Numbered from the stretch's first letter, positions 8,896 through 19,930 are shown. The stretch: 64,000 bases of DNA from an uncultured Ruficoccus sp. (GCA_965140785.1 OZ223510.1:64001-128000), one strand, 5' to 3'. A program made the numbers and translations. Notes: generated by a model not told the origin, from the sequence alone.

Positions 8896-10953
8896 ATGAA
8901 TCTTCATCTTCTCGACTGGGGTATTGTCGCAGGTTTTCTGGCCTTTTTATTTGCCATGGCCATCGTGGCTCAGCGGTACACCCGCAGCGTCTCGGACTTT
9001 CTGGCTGCGAATCGCTCGGCCGGGCGTTACCTGCTGACGCTGGCTGACGGCATGGCGGGAATGGGTGCGATCGCCGTCATCGCCAACTTTGAGAAATTCT
9101 ACCAGGCGGGCTTTGCCGCTAGCTGGTGGGGGTTGATGATGGGGCCGCTCGGACTGATCGCCGCGCTCTCGGGCTGGGTCGTGTACCGCTACCGCGAGAC
9201 GCGGGCCATGACGATGGCGCAGTTCTTCGAGATGCGCTACAGCCGCCGCTTCCGCATCTACGCCGGGGTGCTGGCCTGGATCAGCGGCGTCCTCAACTAC
9301 GGGGTGTTTCCGGGCATTACCGCCCTGTTTCTGATCCACTTCTGCGGCCTGCCCGAAACGATCCAGATCGGCGGGGCCACCCTGGGAACGTTCCCGCTGG
9401 TCATGGCGGTGATGCTCTCGATCGCGGTCTGCTTCACGCTCTTTGGTGGGATGATCGCGGTCATGATCACGGACTTTTTCCAGGGGCAGTTCGTCAACAT
9501 CGTCTTTCTGTCGATCATGGGCCTGCTGCTGTGGAAGTTCAACTGGGGCGACATTGTCGCGACGCTGGAGCAGGCTCCGAAGGGGCAGAGCATGCTCAAC
9601 CCCTTTGACCAGGGCGAGATCAAGGACTTCAACTTCTGGTTCTTCGCCATCTTCGGCTTCAAGATTTTTTATAACCGGCTGGGCTGGCAGGGGTCGCAGG
9701 GCTACTACTGCGCGGCCAAGTCCCCCCACGAGCAGAAGATGGCCGGGGTGCTGGCCGAGTGGCGCAACAGCGTGACCTACCTGATGTTTCTGCTTATGCC
9801 GATCTGCGCCTTCGTGGTGATGCACCACGGCGGGTTCGCCGCTCAGGCGGCCGAGAGTCAGGCGGCGCTCGGGACGATCGCAGATGTCCAGACCCAGAAG
9901 CAGATGCTCACACCGGTGGTGATGAGCACGCTGTTCCCGGTGGGACTGCTCGGGCTCTTCGCGGCGGCCATGATCGCGGCGGCGATTTCCACCGACGACA
10001 CGCAACTGCACTCCTGGGGTAGCATCTTTATTCAGGACGTGGTGCTGCCGTTTCGCAACCGGCCTTTTACGCCGAAGCAGCATCTGTGGCTCCTGCGGAT
10101 GTCGGTCATCGGGGTGGCGCTGTTCGCCTTTTTCTGGAGTTGGTTTTTCCCGCTGCGCGATTACCTGTTTATGTATTTCCTGTTGACCGGCACGATCTAT
10201 CTGGGCGGGTCAGGGGCGGTTATCATCGGCGGGTTGTACTGGCGGCGGGCCACCAGTGCCGGTGCCTGGACGGCGATGACGGTGGGTCTGCTGATTGCCG
10301 TGGCCGGCATCACTCTGCAGGCGATCTGGCCGAGTGTGCCGGCCCTGGTCGAGCTCGCTCCCAAGTTCCCCATCAACGGCGCCTGGCTCGCCATGATCGC
10401 GTACATCTGCTCGCTGACATGCTTTGTCGTGGTTTCCCTGTTGACGTGCAAGCAGCCTTTCAATCTGGAAAAAATGCTCCATCGCGGCAAGTACGCCCTG
10501 GCCGACTCCCGGCAGAAAGGGGACGGGCGCGGGCGCTCGGGGCCGCTGGCAAAACTCTTTGGCTTTACCGAGGAGTTCACCCGCGGGGACCGGACGATTT
10601 ATCGCCTAAAGGTGGGCTGGACCGGTTTCTGGTTCGTGTGCTTCATCATCGGCACGATCTGGGGCCTGACCATCGGCATCCCGGATAACCTGTGGGGGCA
10701 CTGGTGGCTGTTCACCACCCTGCTCGGCGGGGTGGTCGGCCTGATCACCGTGGTGTGGTTCCTGATCGGGGGCACACGCGATTTGATCGACCTGTTCCGC
10801 ACGCTGAGCAAGGCCCGCCGCGACAGCGCCGACGACGGCTCGGTGCATGAGTTTGACGAACACCGTGACGACCATGATGTGCCGCCGGACTCACCCGCCA
10901 ACACCTCGGCGGGGGCAGTTCCTGCACCGACCGATCTTCCCGCCGGGCGTTGA
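8896..10953 (+). CDS. Sodium:solute symporter (SSS) family transporter
   Basis: Many TM segments; DFLAANRS, TMAQFFEMRYS, GGMIAVMITDFFQ, AAAISTDD, GGLYWRRAT. Confidence 0.93.
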   Translation: MNLHLLDWGIVAGFLAFLFAMAIVAQRYTRSVSDFLAANRSAGRYLLTLADGMAGMGAIAVIANFEKFYQAGFAASWWGLMMGPLGLIAALSGWVVYRYRETRAMTMAQFFEMRYSRRFRIYAGVLAWISGVLNYGVFPGITALFLIHFCGLPETIQIGGATLGTFPLVMAVMLSIAVCFTLFGGMIAVMITDFFQGQFVNIVFLSIMGLLLWKFNWGDIVATLEQAPKGQSMLNPFDQGEIKDFNFWFFAIFGFKIFYNRLGWQGSQGYYCAAKSPHEQKMAGVLAEWRNSVTYLMFLLMPICAFVVMHHGGFAAQAAESQAALGTIADVQTQKQMLTPVVMSTLFPVGLLGLFAAAMIAAAISTDDTQLHSWGSIFIQDVVLPFRNRPFTPKQHLWLLRMSVIGVALFAFFWSWFFPLRDYLFMYFLLTGTIYLGGSGAVIIGGLYWRRATSAGAWTAMTVGLLIAVAGITLQAIWPSVPALVELAPKFPINGAWLAMIAYICSLTCFVVVSLLTCKQPFNLEKMLHRGKYALADSRQKGDGRGRSGPLAKLFGFTEEFTRGDRTIYRLKVGWTGFWFVCFIIGTIWGLTIGIPDNLWGHWWLFTTLLGGVVGLITVVWFLIGGTRDLIDLFRTLSKARRDSADDGSVHEFDEHRDDHDVPPDSPANTSAGAVPAPTDLPAGR

Positions 10954-10996
10954 AGTCCATCCGTCATTGAAACTGAATACCCAACCAGACATTGTT

Positions 10997-11647
10997 ATGA
11001 AAACAGCATCCTTACTTGTTTCCTCAGTCTTCCTGCTGGCAGCCAGCCTTACGGCTGCCCCTGAGCTGAAGCCCTACGCCGAGGCGGTCGTCTCGAAGTC
11101 CCAGCCGACAACGTCGCAGTCGGCTTCAGTCCTGCGGGTGTCGGCCCGGGGTGCCCACGCGCACAAGACCTATCTGGTCTTCGATGTGAATGGGCTTAAG
11201 CCGCAAGAGCTGGCGTCCGCCTCAGGCGCGGCCCTCTCGCTGACGAGCCTCGACGGCTACTACCTGATCGGCGATGCGAACGGGCCGGTCTCCCTGTCGC
11301 TCTACCTCGTCCAGAACAATGCGAAAAACCCGGCCCTGTTGAACCTGAACTGGAACAACGCGCCGGCCAACGATACGTCCAGTGCGAGCGGTGTGGTGCC
11401 GGGCGAGGCGCAGCTGCTGGCAACGGTTGCGGTGGACAGCGCCAGTCTGAAAGGTGATCAGCCGGTCCAGTGGGAAGACCCGCGTCTGCTGGCGGCCCTG
11501 CGCGAGGCAAGCGCGCAGTCCGGCGCCAAGTACCTGACCCTGATGGTGGTGTCGGAGGGCGCGGTTAGCGATCCGGGCTTCAATTTCTATTCTTCCCAAA
11601 ACACTTCCCGTACCTCGCGTAAGCCGCGTCTGCTCATCCGCGAGTAG
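10997..11647 (+). CDS. Secreted DNRLRE/CBM96-like beta-sandwich protein
   Basis: Signal peptide MKTASLLVSSVFLLAASLTA; KTYLVFDV, LNWNNAP, FYSSQN...PRLLI. Start moved to the ATG at 10997. Confidence 0.65.
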   Translation: MKTASLLVSSVFLLAASLTAAPELKPYAEAVVSKSQPTTSQSASVLRVSARGAHAHKTYLVFDVNGLKPQELASASGAALSLTSLDGYYLIGDANGPVSLSLYLVQNNAKNPALLNLNWNNAPANDTSSASGVVPGEAQLLATVAVDSASLKGDQPVQWEDPRLLAALREASAQSGAKYLTLMVVSEGAVSDPGFNFYSSQNTSRTSRKPRLLIRE

Positions 11648-11696
11648 TCCCAGCAGGCTGTGCGTTTCCTTCACATTTTAATTTCGCATTTCTCTC

Positions 11697-13817
11697 ATGA
11701 TTCGATTGACCCTGAGCCTCTTGACGACCTTCACCCTGAGCCTGGCCGTGACGGGCTGCGGTAGCCCCTCTCGGGCCTCCACGCCGTTAGCGGCGGATAC
11801 GGATGTGGGCTTAGCGGCACCGGTGATTAACACCCGGCAGCCGGTACTGCTCGCTCCGGCGGACGGGGCGCTGGAGTACCGGCCCACGCCCAGCTTTACC
11901 TGGGAGCGGGTGGACGGAGCAGACCGTTACGAGGTGCAGATTGCGACGGATGCGGAGTTCTCCAAACTTATAGATACCGATACGGTAAGTGTGGCGCACT
12001 ATGTGTCCGCGGAGCCGCTGCCCGCGGGTACCCTGCACTGGCGGGTGCGGGCGGTCATGCCCGACAGCCCGACAGGAAGCTTCTCCCCCGCCTTCACCCT
12101 TTCGATAACTCAACCTCAGGCGGTCTATACTATTCCGGACGGAGCCAACATCGAGACGGTGGAGCGTGTCATTGCCGAGGCGGCGATGAATACGCCGGCG
12201 GTGGTGCGATTCGCTCCGGGGGGCTCTTATCGGCTGGCTCCGACGCAGAAGGACCTGATCAAGCTCGACAGCGTTTCGAATCTAATCATCGAGGGGCAGG
12301 ACGCCACGATCACCCTTACTGATGCGACCGCGGGCTTGGCGCGGCTGAATGGGTGTACGTCGATTTTGATCCGCGATCTCACCGTTCGTTTCGATCCGCT
12401 CCCTTATACGGTCGGGGTGGTGCGTAGTGCTGACACCACTACAGGTGAGTTTACCGTGGTCATGGATACGCCGCAGATGGTGCCTTTTGACCAGGAGCCG
12501 ATCGTGAACCACTGGACCTGGGGCGTCCTGCTGGACCCCGATGTGCCGGGGAAGCTGCTCGACGGCTCGCCGCTGGTTATCTCGACCGTTAAGGGCGAAG
12601 TGGAGCGCAGCACTTCAGCCGAGGGGGAAACGCTCTACACGCTCCGCCTCAAGGCCCCGGCGCAGGCTGAGCACTTCGTGCCCGGCTCGAAGTATATCCA
12701 GTTCGCTCGAAACGGCGGGCGCTCGCTGGTGGCTTCGACCGGGAGCACCGATGTGACCTGCCTGAACATTACCAACTACGGCATCTCCGGCGGTCACTAC
12801 CTGTGCACGGAGGGTTCGGACTTCAAGGTGCTCGGATGCACCTCGCTGATACCGGACGGGCAGTGGTTTGGGGGTAATGCCGACGGCATTCACGTGCGCT
12901 CGAACAAGCTCGGCCCCTGGGTCGAGGACTGTCTCTTTGAAGGTGTGGGGGATGACGCGGTCGCGCTTTACAGTAAGGCGATTTTTATCCTCAATCAGGA
13001 TTCGCCCACGCAGTTGCGGATCGGTAAGAAGTTTTTCAACCTCGCCCCCGGTGACCGGCTGGCGCTGTTTAATCCCCGCGAGGGAGTGATCCTGGCGGAC
13101 GATCAGGAGGTGGCTGCCGTTGAGGCTATCCCGGCCGGGACCGACGGTTATGACGATGAGCACTACCGCGTCACCCTGACCGAACCGCTGGAGATCACGC
13201 TCAATACCTCCAGCGACGATCCGCTCGAAAACGACCAGGCGTTCAGCCGCTCGCGGGTCAATGGCGACTTTGCGATCCGCAACAACACCTTTAGCTGTAT
13301 CCGGCGCTTTGGCACAGTGGTGCGTGCCGATGGTGGCATGATTGAGGGCAATGTGTATGACTGTATCTCTGACATTCCGGTCGTCTTTCGCAACGAGCCC
13401 GATCTTTGGTACAACGGGCTGAACGGCTCACGCATTCGCATCGCCGGAAACACGATGCTCGACAGCGGATTCAGCCAGAGCAGCGTGGGCCACGGGCAAA
13501 TCGAGCTGATTATGTACAAAATGGGCCGCGTCCCGGCTAACGGACGGGGACACCGCGACATTCGTATCGAGGACAACAAGATATCCAACTGGCAGGATAT
13601 CGCGATCCGCGTGGCCAACGCCGATGGAGTCGCCATCGTGGATAACACTCTCGGCGCGAGGGTGAAGAGCGTCACCCATCCCGGTCCACACTACGGCATT
13701 CTGGTCGATAACAGCGCTAACGTGGAGATTCAGGGGAATGTCTTTACCGATCCAAGCGATCTCGACGCCGAAATCGAAGTCACGGATGACACCTCAGCGG
13801 TGACTATTGAGGAGTAA
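11697..13817 (+). CDS. Lipoprotein with N-terminal Fn3/Ig-like domain and right-handed beta-helix (GH110-related)
   Basis: Lipobox LAVTG-C; YEVQIATDAEF...HWRVRA; NADGIHVR, EGVGDDAVAL; repeated I.IE.N motifs. Confidence 0.78.
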   Translation: MIRLTLSLLTTFTLSLAVTGCGSPSRASTPLAADTDVGLAAPVINTRQPVLLAPADGALEYRPTPSFTWERVDGADRYEVQIATDAEFSKLIDTDTVSVAHYVSAEPLPAGTLHWRVRAVMPDSPTGSFSPAFTLSITQPQAVYTIPDGANIETVERVIAEAAMNTPAVVRFAPGGSYRLAPTQKDLIKLDSVSNLIIEGQDATITLTDATAGLARLNGCTSILIRDLTVRFDPLPYTVGVVRSADTTTGEFTVVMDTPQMVPFDQEPIVNHWTWGVLLDPDVPGKLLDGSPLVISTVKGEVERSTSAEGETLYTLRLKAPAQAEHFVPGSKYIQFARNGGRSLVASTGSTDVTCLNITNYGISGGHYLCTEGSDFKVLGCTSLIPDGQWFGGNADGIHVRSNKLGPWVEDCLFEGVGDDAVALYSKAIFILNQDSPTQLRIGKKFFNLAPGDRLALFNPREGVILADDQEVAAVEAIPAGTDGYDDEHYRVTLTEPLEITLNTSSDDPLENDQAFSRSRVNGDFAIRNNTFSCIRRFGTVVRADGGMIEGNVYDCISDIPVVFRNEPDLWYNGLNGSRIRIAGNTMLDSGFSQSSVGHGQIELIMYKMGRVPANGRGHRDIRIEDNKISNWQDIAIRVANADGVAIVDNTLGARVKSVTHPGPHYGILVDNSANVEIQGNVFTDPSDLDAEIEVTDDTSAVTIEE

Positions 13818-14060
13818 AGCTGGACCGGGTGCCGGTTAAATCGGATAGAGCAATCTTGCTTCCGAGGTCGCTCGTAAGCTGTTTCTTATAAACGGCGATC
13901 AACTCCGAATTAGACCTTACACTCTCGCCTGCGGGGAGAGTAGGCAGTTCACTCACAGATACAGACGAGCAGAGTGAAACCCCGGGCGACATCCTGTCTC
14001 ATGCTTCCATCGTTGAACGTCGCGGTCACACGCTTTTGGCAAGGCCGACGAGACCGGCGA

Positions 14061-14816
14061 TTACTCGAACAGCGGCGAGTCCACAAACTGGACTTTCCAA
14101 CCTGCACTGCCGGCAGAAGATGGATAGATCAGGGCCAGCATCGGTGCGCCTGACCCCCGGGTGATAAAGGAATTATAGATCAGCTTCCAGCCGTCGTTTT
14201 CGTTGACCGCTACGCTTAACTGAAAACGGTGGTTCTTGAGTTCACCCATCGGGATTGTGGCCGAACGGGTGGGCTGAACCTCGGTGGTTCCCTTACCCGT
14301 GCGGGCCGCCAGCTTGCGGCCGCTCATGTTCATGATCAGCAGTTGGCCGCGGCCGAGGTTTTGGGCGGAGACATCCAGCGGAACGAGTTTATAGCCGCTC
14401 TGCGGGGAGCCCAAGAGCATGAGCAGGACCTTCCCGGGAATACGCATGCTCGCCGGCAGGCTGGCCACCGGCGTATAGCGGATTTCGCCTTCGACGGTTT
14501 CCCTCTTGTACAGGCTGAAGGGTGCACGACCCTGGTACTGATAGGTGGGGCTGGTTTCGTTACGCTGAATGTTTAGCCGTGCGGCCTCACCGTCGATCTG
14601 CGCATAGAGTTCGGGCGGTGACTCGACCTGATAGCGTTTGCCGGCGATTAGTTCCTGCTTGGTCAAGGCCTGAGTGCCGCTTCCGCTCAGATAGTAGATC
14701 TGATAGGTGAAGCTCAGAGGCGGCGCGTCGGTGGACTGGGCCTGGCCTGAACGCGGAAAGCAAAGCAGGGTTACAAAGATGAAGAAGGAAAGGGGGGCTC
14801 GTGTGTTTTTAAACAT
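14061..14816 (-). CDS. Secreted hypothetical protein, partner of the giant pilin-like protein
   Basis: Signal peptide; overlaps the stop of 14809-18210 by 8 nt; visibly paralogous to 33326-34021 (S..Y.Y.G, N.(S/T)G..(L/I)A, WK.IY.S). Confidence 0.8.
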   Translation of the reverse strand: MFKNTRAPLSFFIFVTLLCFPRSGQAQSTDAPPLSFTYQIYYLSGSGTQALTKQELIAGKRYQVESPPELYAQIDGEAARLNIQRNETSPTYQYQGRAPFSLYKRETVEGEIRYTPVASLPASMRIPGKVLLMLLGSPQSGYKLVPLDVSAQNLGRGQLLIMNMSGRKLAARTGKGTTEVQPTRSATIPMGELKNHRFQLSVAVNENDGWKLIYNSFITRGSGAPMLALIYPSSAGSAGWKVQFVDSPLFE

Positions 14817-17800
14817 CGTCTTGGTTGAGCCACCGGAATCCGACGATGCGGAAGCGGCGGCCCATTTCCTGGTTGGTGGAGTCGGTGGGAGGAAAGACCT
14901 CGGGGGCGTCGGCGGTATCGTTGACGTAGTCTGGGTAGCGCTGGATGATAGCTTCGCACCAGGCCCGCGCGGTAACCTGGTCGGTCAGGGCATCGCGAGT
15001 TTCACCATAGGCACGGATGACAAAGGTATCGGATCGAGGACTGAGCACAGGTCCCAGTCGGGCCAGTAGCGCCGTCTGCGAAAGGTAGCCGGGAGCGTTC
15101 GCCATGTAAGCACCCATGGCGGCCGGGATGTTCGGTGGCCGAGATTCGCGCTCGGCCTCGATGGAGCTGGTCTTGGCCTTGGTGAAGAACCACTCGTCCT
15201 CGAACTCGTCATTGAGCCCGGCGGTGTCGATGGCTGCTTGGAGAGCACCCATCATACGCGGGTCAGAGGCCAGTTCAGCCAGGACTCCATCTCTTTCGTT
15301 CTCGCCAAAATCGCTGCCGTTTTCGCTCAGGACGGCGTCGGCGGGATTGACGGATCGATTGACGAAGTCTGCCAGCGAGAGGAAGGGACCGCGCAAACGC
15401 ACCTGTTCGACAATGGCCCCGGCGAGGTCGTCGATTTCCGCCGGGCTGAGTTGGCGGTAGCCAAAGTAGAGGCCGCTGTCGCGGGAACCATCATCGTCGT
15501 AAGCGTTGCCACTGGCCAGCGGGGCCGGGAGGATCGGGCTGGCATTGCCGGAGGCGGCTTGGGTGCCGTCGTTGTTGATGACGGTCTGATCGCGGAAGGA
15601 AGACAGGAGGGCCTTCCAGGCTTCGACCGAGGTGGAGTTAATGTTAAAGGGGCCGTCGAGCAAGAGGTGCCGTGCGCTCTGGTCAAAAGTCTGAAGCGCC
15701 TCGGTTTCGTCTTCGCTGAAGGTCGTTTGCTTGGGATCAGCTGGGCGGTAGCGGGGGTTGTCGAGGGGCAGGGTGATCGCGCCAGAGGGCGGCAAGGTCG
15801 AGACATAGAAGCGGTCCCAGAGCTCCTCGTTGATGATCCAGGAGTAGTCGGGAACCACTTCGCCGCTGTCGGATTCGACCGAGATATCGTCGAACTGCAA
15901 CATCATCGGGGCTTGGGAGTTCCCTACGACGTAGGAGGGTCCATAGAGGTCCGTCTCGCTTGTGATGTTGGTGTTGACCGTGCTGTCGGCTCCGGCAAGG
16001 TCCACGTGCATGAGGTCTCCCACCGACCAGTAGGGGTGCTCGCCCCTGGGCAGGTGGAAGGGTGCATAACTTGCAACCGCATTGAGGGTGCCCGCATTGG
16101 TCGTGCTGCTGTCGCTCAGCCCGATGTAGGCCCGGGTTCCTTCGACATCGAGGGTCTGGATTTCGGTCAGGCCCTGGATGTCCACGCCACCTGCGCTGAA
16201 GTCCATCAACGGGTAGGCATCATAGGTACGGGCCTCGCCCGATCTTCCCCAGTCGCCATTGTTATAAAGATCGCCGAAGTACAGTTTACCAACGCGTACG
16301 GCCCGGAGGTTATAAGCGGTCAAACCGCGTGCATTTTCGCGCTCGGTGATGACGTTGTCACGCTTGAGTTCCGGCGAGAGCAGGGAGATGTCGAGTCCCA
16401 TGGGGCGGTGCGCACTGGTGTCGAGGGGAGTGGTGGGGGCAGAGGCATAAATTTTCGGAGCGAAAACACCGGGCTCGTTTTGATCCGAGCTTTTGTCCGA
16501 CTGCTCAGAGATGGTCTCCTTGTCCATGAAGCTTCCGAAGGTAACGGTGTTGAGAAGCTGGTAGTAGCGGCTGCTGTGGTAGGGCGTTAGGGCAAGAACC
16601 ACCCCCATCAGGTCGGAACTGCCAAGGCTGCTGACATCCCGCCGCAAATCCAGGCGGAGGGAGGCGCGCCCATTCGGCAAGTCATCGATTTTGACTGAAA
16701 ACGAGTCACTGGCGTCCTGATAAAAGCCGTAGCTGCTGTTTCCCAATGCCAGATCCAGGCCGTCATTACCGTAGAAGCTGCTGCCCAGGCTCTGATGGCT
16801 ATCCGGTGAGAAGACCAGCGCTTGACCCGGCGGGATGTCTACGGCCGGGATATTGAAATAGATATTGTCGGAGGTGGAGTTCGCCTTGAACAGGGGCGGG
16901 AAGCCGCCCAGGGCGGAACTGTTGCTGGATGCGATGGCCTTCCACGTGCCGTCAAAATAACCGGCAGCGTAGAGAATATGGAAGCCGTCGTCGCTGGTTT
17001 GGCGCCAACGCACCTGGTAGCTGTTCGTGGGAGCTTCGAGCGTGACGTCGTAGGGGTTCCAGAGGACAATCTGTGGCAGGTAGTATATGCGTGGGCGGAA
17101 GGTGGTCTCCTGCGTGGCCGGATCGGTGCCTTCCTCGATCAGGGCGACATACACGAAGAGCTGGAATTTCGCGATGAGGGGCCCGACGGCGAGACTTTCA
17201 TCATCGACGGCTGGGAAGGCGGTGATGCCGGCATCGGTCGTGTTTTGAACGCTCTGGGTAAAGCTGCGCAGAATGTCCCAGCGCGGACCGTGGCCGGGCA
17301 GGTAACGCTCCAGCATGCGCTGGCCCGGCATCTGGGAGACGAAGTCGTTGGCGAAGTCGGTTTGGGAGAGTTCCAGCAGGGTGGAGAGGTCCCACTTCAG
17401 GCCGCCGTGTTTGGTGTCGGTGAGCAGGCCGCGCGAGTAGGTGGTCAGGTCGGCGAAGCGCTCTTTGACCGCTGCTTCGCTAAAGCTGTTGTCGCCGTTG
17501 TCGTCTTGAAGAAAAATAAGCTGGCTAGCACTGAGCACGCTGTCGTAGCTGGCGGGCAGCGGTGCGTAGGTGCCAAAGTCGCTCATTGCCTCAATGCCGT
17601 AACGCAGCGGGATCGCGGTGGTTGAGGTGTCGTGATCCTCGACGAGGGTTTCGTAGTCCTGCGCCAGGCTTACAATGTTGGCTTTGACGCCTTCGTCGCC
17701 GATCCAGTAGCCGTAGGCGCCGGTGTCGTCGTTAAAGGTGACGAGCGGGACGCGTACCGTGTCGGCGTCGGTTGCCGAGCCTCTTCCGACCAGCTCCACG

Positions 17801-18210
17801 CTGTCGTTCCCGGCCCCTTCGGTGGGGTTGTAAACATTGTCATCGAGCTGATTGCCGCTGACGAGCCATTCTTGGAGTACAGGTTCATCACGGGGATTGT
17901 TGGGTGATGGGTCCTTCCAGACGCCTGTCCACAACGGTTCCGCTTCATTTGGACCGAGGATATCGGCGCGGGCTGACACGCGCTGGTCGGGGCCAAGCGC
18001 CCGTTGCAGATGCCCGAGCCCCACCTGGAGACCGAGGATGGCATTTTGGCGGGCCTGGGCTCCGGTCAGGGTGGCCTGAGTGCCGCTGACTTCTATGCGT
18101 ACCAGCCCCGAAAGCGAAAGCAGCAACAGCATGATGAAGCCCATCAGTGCCAGAGCTACGATGAGTGCGAAGCCGGAGGGGGGAGCGGGGGAGGTGGGGC
18201 GAGTTTTCAT
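14809..18210 (-). CDS. Giant PilX/GspK-like prepilin protein (Verru_Chthon cassette A-like), 1133 aa
   Basis: Class III signal G|FALIVALALMGFIMLLLL without Glu+5; blocks GPDQRVSA, WTGVW, DEGVK, FNINSTSVEAW, RGPFLSL.DFVNR, RSDTF.IRAYG. Confidence 0.8.
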   Translation of the reverse strand: MKTRPTSPAPPSGFALIVALALMGFIMLLLLSLSGLVRIEVSGTQATLTGAQARQNAILGLQVGLGHLQRALGPDQRVSARADILGPNEAEPLWTGVWKDPSPNNPRDEPVLQEWLVSGNQLDDNVYNPTEGAGNDSVELVGRGSATDADTVRVPLVTFNDDTGAYGYWIGDEGVKANIVSLAQDYETLVEDHDTSTTAIPLRYGIEAMSDFGTYAPLPASYDSVLSASQLIFLQDDNGDNSFSEAAVKERFADLTTYSRGLLTDTKHGGLKWDLSTLLELSQTDFANDFVSQMPGQRMLERYLPGHGPRWDILRSFTQSVQNTTDAGITAFPAVDDESLAVGPLIAKFQLFVYVALIEEGTDPATQETTFRPRIYYLPQIVLWNPYDVTLEAPTNSYQVRWRQTSDDGFHILYAAGYFDGTWKAIASSNSSALGGFPPLFKANSTSDNIYFNIPAVDIPPGQALVFSPDSHQSLGSSFYGNDGLDLALGNSSYGFYQDASDSFSVKIDDLPNGRASLRLDLRRDVSSLGSSDLMGVVLALTPYHSSRYYQLLNTVTFGSFMDKETISEQSDKSSDQNEPGVFAPKIYASAPTTPLDTSAHRPMGLDISLLSPELKRDNVITERENARGLTAYNLRAVRVGKLYFGDLYNNGDWGRSGEARTYDAYPLMDFSAGGVDIQGLTEIQTLDVEGTRAYIGLSDSSTTNAGTLNAVASYAPFHLPRGEHPYWSVGDLMHVDLAGADSTVNTNITSETDLYGPSYVVGNSQAPMMLQFDDISVESDSGEVVPDYSWIINEELWDRFYVSTLPPSGAITLPLDNPRYRPADPKQTTFSEDETEALQTFDQSARHLLLDGPFNINSTSVEAWKALLSSFRDQTVINNDGTQAASGNASPILPAPLASGNAYDDDGSRDSGLYFGYRQLSPAEIDDLAGAIVEQVRLRGPFLSLADFVNRSVNPADAVLSENGSDFGENERDGVLAELASDPRMMGALQAAIDTAGLNDEFEDEWFFTKAKTSSIEAERESRPPNIPAAMGAYMANAPGYLSQTALLARLGPVLSPRSDTFVIRAYGETRDALTDQVTARAWCEAIIQRYPDYVNDTADAPEVFPPTDSTNQEMGRRFRIVGFRWLNQDDV

Positions 18211-19868
18211 GGGGCAGGGGGGGAGTCGTCGAGGAAATGAATGGCTTCGGTGGAACTCTCATCAACCCGCAGCGACTGCTTGATCCCATGGTAACGATTA
18301 TTCCAAATTACCACGTTTCGGGCGGTCATCAAGTGGATGGCGCACTCGGAGTTATTGAAGTTGTTATCGGCGATGAGAATGTCTTCGTTAAGGGGCGTGT
18401 CGAATCCCGCGGAGTGGACGCCAATGCACCCGACGGTGCCATACCGGGGGAAAAACCCGCAGGTGTCGAAGTGGCAGCCCTTGATGAGGACATTGGTGGC
18501 GTGGCCACCCTCGGCATGGGTGGGCATTTCAGCTCCCAGCAGAATACCTGGGTTCATGGTGTTACGGTAGGTATTGTCGAGCAGGACAAGATTGTCGTAA
18601 CGGCTGAGATGACCGGTGCCGGCGATGTTCAGAAAGCTGGAGTTTCGGCACAGGTAGCGGTCGGCCTCCCAGCAGCGAGCCGCGCAGAGAGTGCCCACGA
18701 CGGCGATTTCCGGCATCGGCTGGTCGAATTTCACACGGTAGAGGTGACCGTGTTCAAATTTGCCCTCGCTTTCGGCCTCACTGACCGTGCGGACCAGTCG
18801 GGCCGCTCCGTCGTAAAATTCGAGGAGGCTACCGGACAGGATGGGGGCGTAGGTGTATTTCGCGTAGAAAATGGCTTCACGCGCAGAAAGTCGGCGGTGA
18901 AGCCAGAGCCAGTTACTGTGCATGTTTTGCCCGTCCATGCGTACGCCCTCGACGCTGAGGGCGTCGATATCGAGAATACCGCCGCATTTAAAAAGCTTCC
19001 AGGCGTCGCGCGGCCCGGTGAAAAGCGGTCCGTGGGCCGGACGAAACGTGATGCGTCGGGCGGTGATATTACGGCAGCTCTCGCTCACGAAGCAGAAGCC
19101 GTTGCTGTTAAAGGTGCGCAGGTTCTCCAAGCGCAGATCGTTGCAATGGCCGAGGTAAACTTGAAAATCTGTTTTGGCTCCCTGGTGCCAGGAGAGCAGC
19201 TCGCCGGGTTGGACTTTTGCTGCGACGGCGGGGCTGCGCAACGTGAAGCGATCCTGCTCGCTGCTTTCCCAGAGTGCATCGGCACCGTTGCCGTAGGTGA
19301 TGCTCTCGCCCCGCAGATTCTCCCCGCTGGCGTCGAAGCGGTTGGCGCAGTACAGGCCCATCCCCTCCCAGGCAGAGCAGCCGGGCAGAAGTTCCACCGT
19401 GAGACTGCCGGAATCCCGGTCTATGACCGTTCCGGCCGAGCTGAAGGCGGGTTCGCGGGTAAAGGCCAGGTTACACAGGGTCAGGCGTGGGCTATTTTCG
19501 CACCACAAAATCGAGGGGAGAAAGCTGTGGCGTTCCCCATCGTTCCACCCGATGAGCACGGTGGCGGGCTCGCCGTTTTCATCTACGGCCCCTTTCAGGG
19601 TCAGGTCGCCCAGGTTGTAAACGAGCAGGTGTGTGTCCTTATGCGGCTCCACGCCGCGGCTGCCGGCATCGTGAACGATGCCTTCGGTGCGGTGATTTGC
19701 GCTGCTGCGAAGCAGGTAGCGGCCTGGTTCGAAAACGATCGTGCGTGAGCCAGTACGCTGAGCCTCCAAAATGGCCCGCCGAATCCCCGCCGCCGAATCA
19801 GTATCTCCGGGGCTGGTGTAATCCCGTACGAGGACGGGGGCAGGTTCAGGTATGATCGATTTCGTCAT
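18207..19868 (-). CDS. Right-handed beta-helix protein (glycosidase/lyase-like), no clear signal peptide
   Basis: GDTDSAAGIRRAI...IVFEPGRY, DGQNMH, NVLIKGCHFD, DILIADNNF. Confidence 0.72.
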   Translation of the reverse strand: MTKSIIPEPAPVLVRDYTSPGDTDSAAGIRRAILEAQRTGSRTIVFEPGRYLLRSSANHRTEGIVHDAGSRGVEPHKDTHLLVYNLGDLTLKGAVDENGEPATVLIGWNDGERHSFLPSILWCENSPRLTLCNLAFTREPAFSSAGTVIDRDSGSLTVELLPGCSAWEGMGLYCANRFDASGENLRGESITYGNGADALWESSEQDRFTLRSPAVAAKVQPGELLSWHQGAKTDFQVYLGHCNDLRLENLRTFNSNGFCFVSESCRNITARRITFRPAHGPLFTGPRDAWKLFKCGGILDIDALSVEGVRMDGQNMHSNWLWLHRRLSAREAIFYAKYTYAPILSGSLLEFYDGAARLVRTVSEAESEGKFEHGHLYRVKFDQPMPEIAVVGTLCAARCWEADRYLCRNSSFLNIAGTGHLSRYDNLVLLDNTYRNTMNPGILLGAEMPTHAEGGHATNVLIKGCHFDTCGFFPRYGTVGCIGVHSAGFDTPLNEDILIADNNFNNSECAIHLMTARNVVIWNNRYHGIKQSLRVDESSTEAIHFLDDSPPAP

Positions 19869-19930
19869 AGGGCTGAGGCTACAAGGGGAAAACGGTTGCC
19901 CTTCGGCAATGTGTAGAATAAAGCTAATTT

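Noticed and set aside
13818..14060. Intergenic hairpins as a possible ncRNA
   Set aside because: Only short imperfect stems between convergent genes; not enough to call.
7433..16590. Other long opposite-strand ORFs (7433-8830, 8947-10083, 15238-16590)
   Set aside because: Fully overlap well-supported genes and have no recognisable domains.
18165..19748. 527 aa plus-strand ORF
   Set aside because: Antisense shadow of the beta-helix gene 18207-19868; no motifs; typical of GC-rich DNA.
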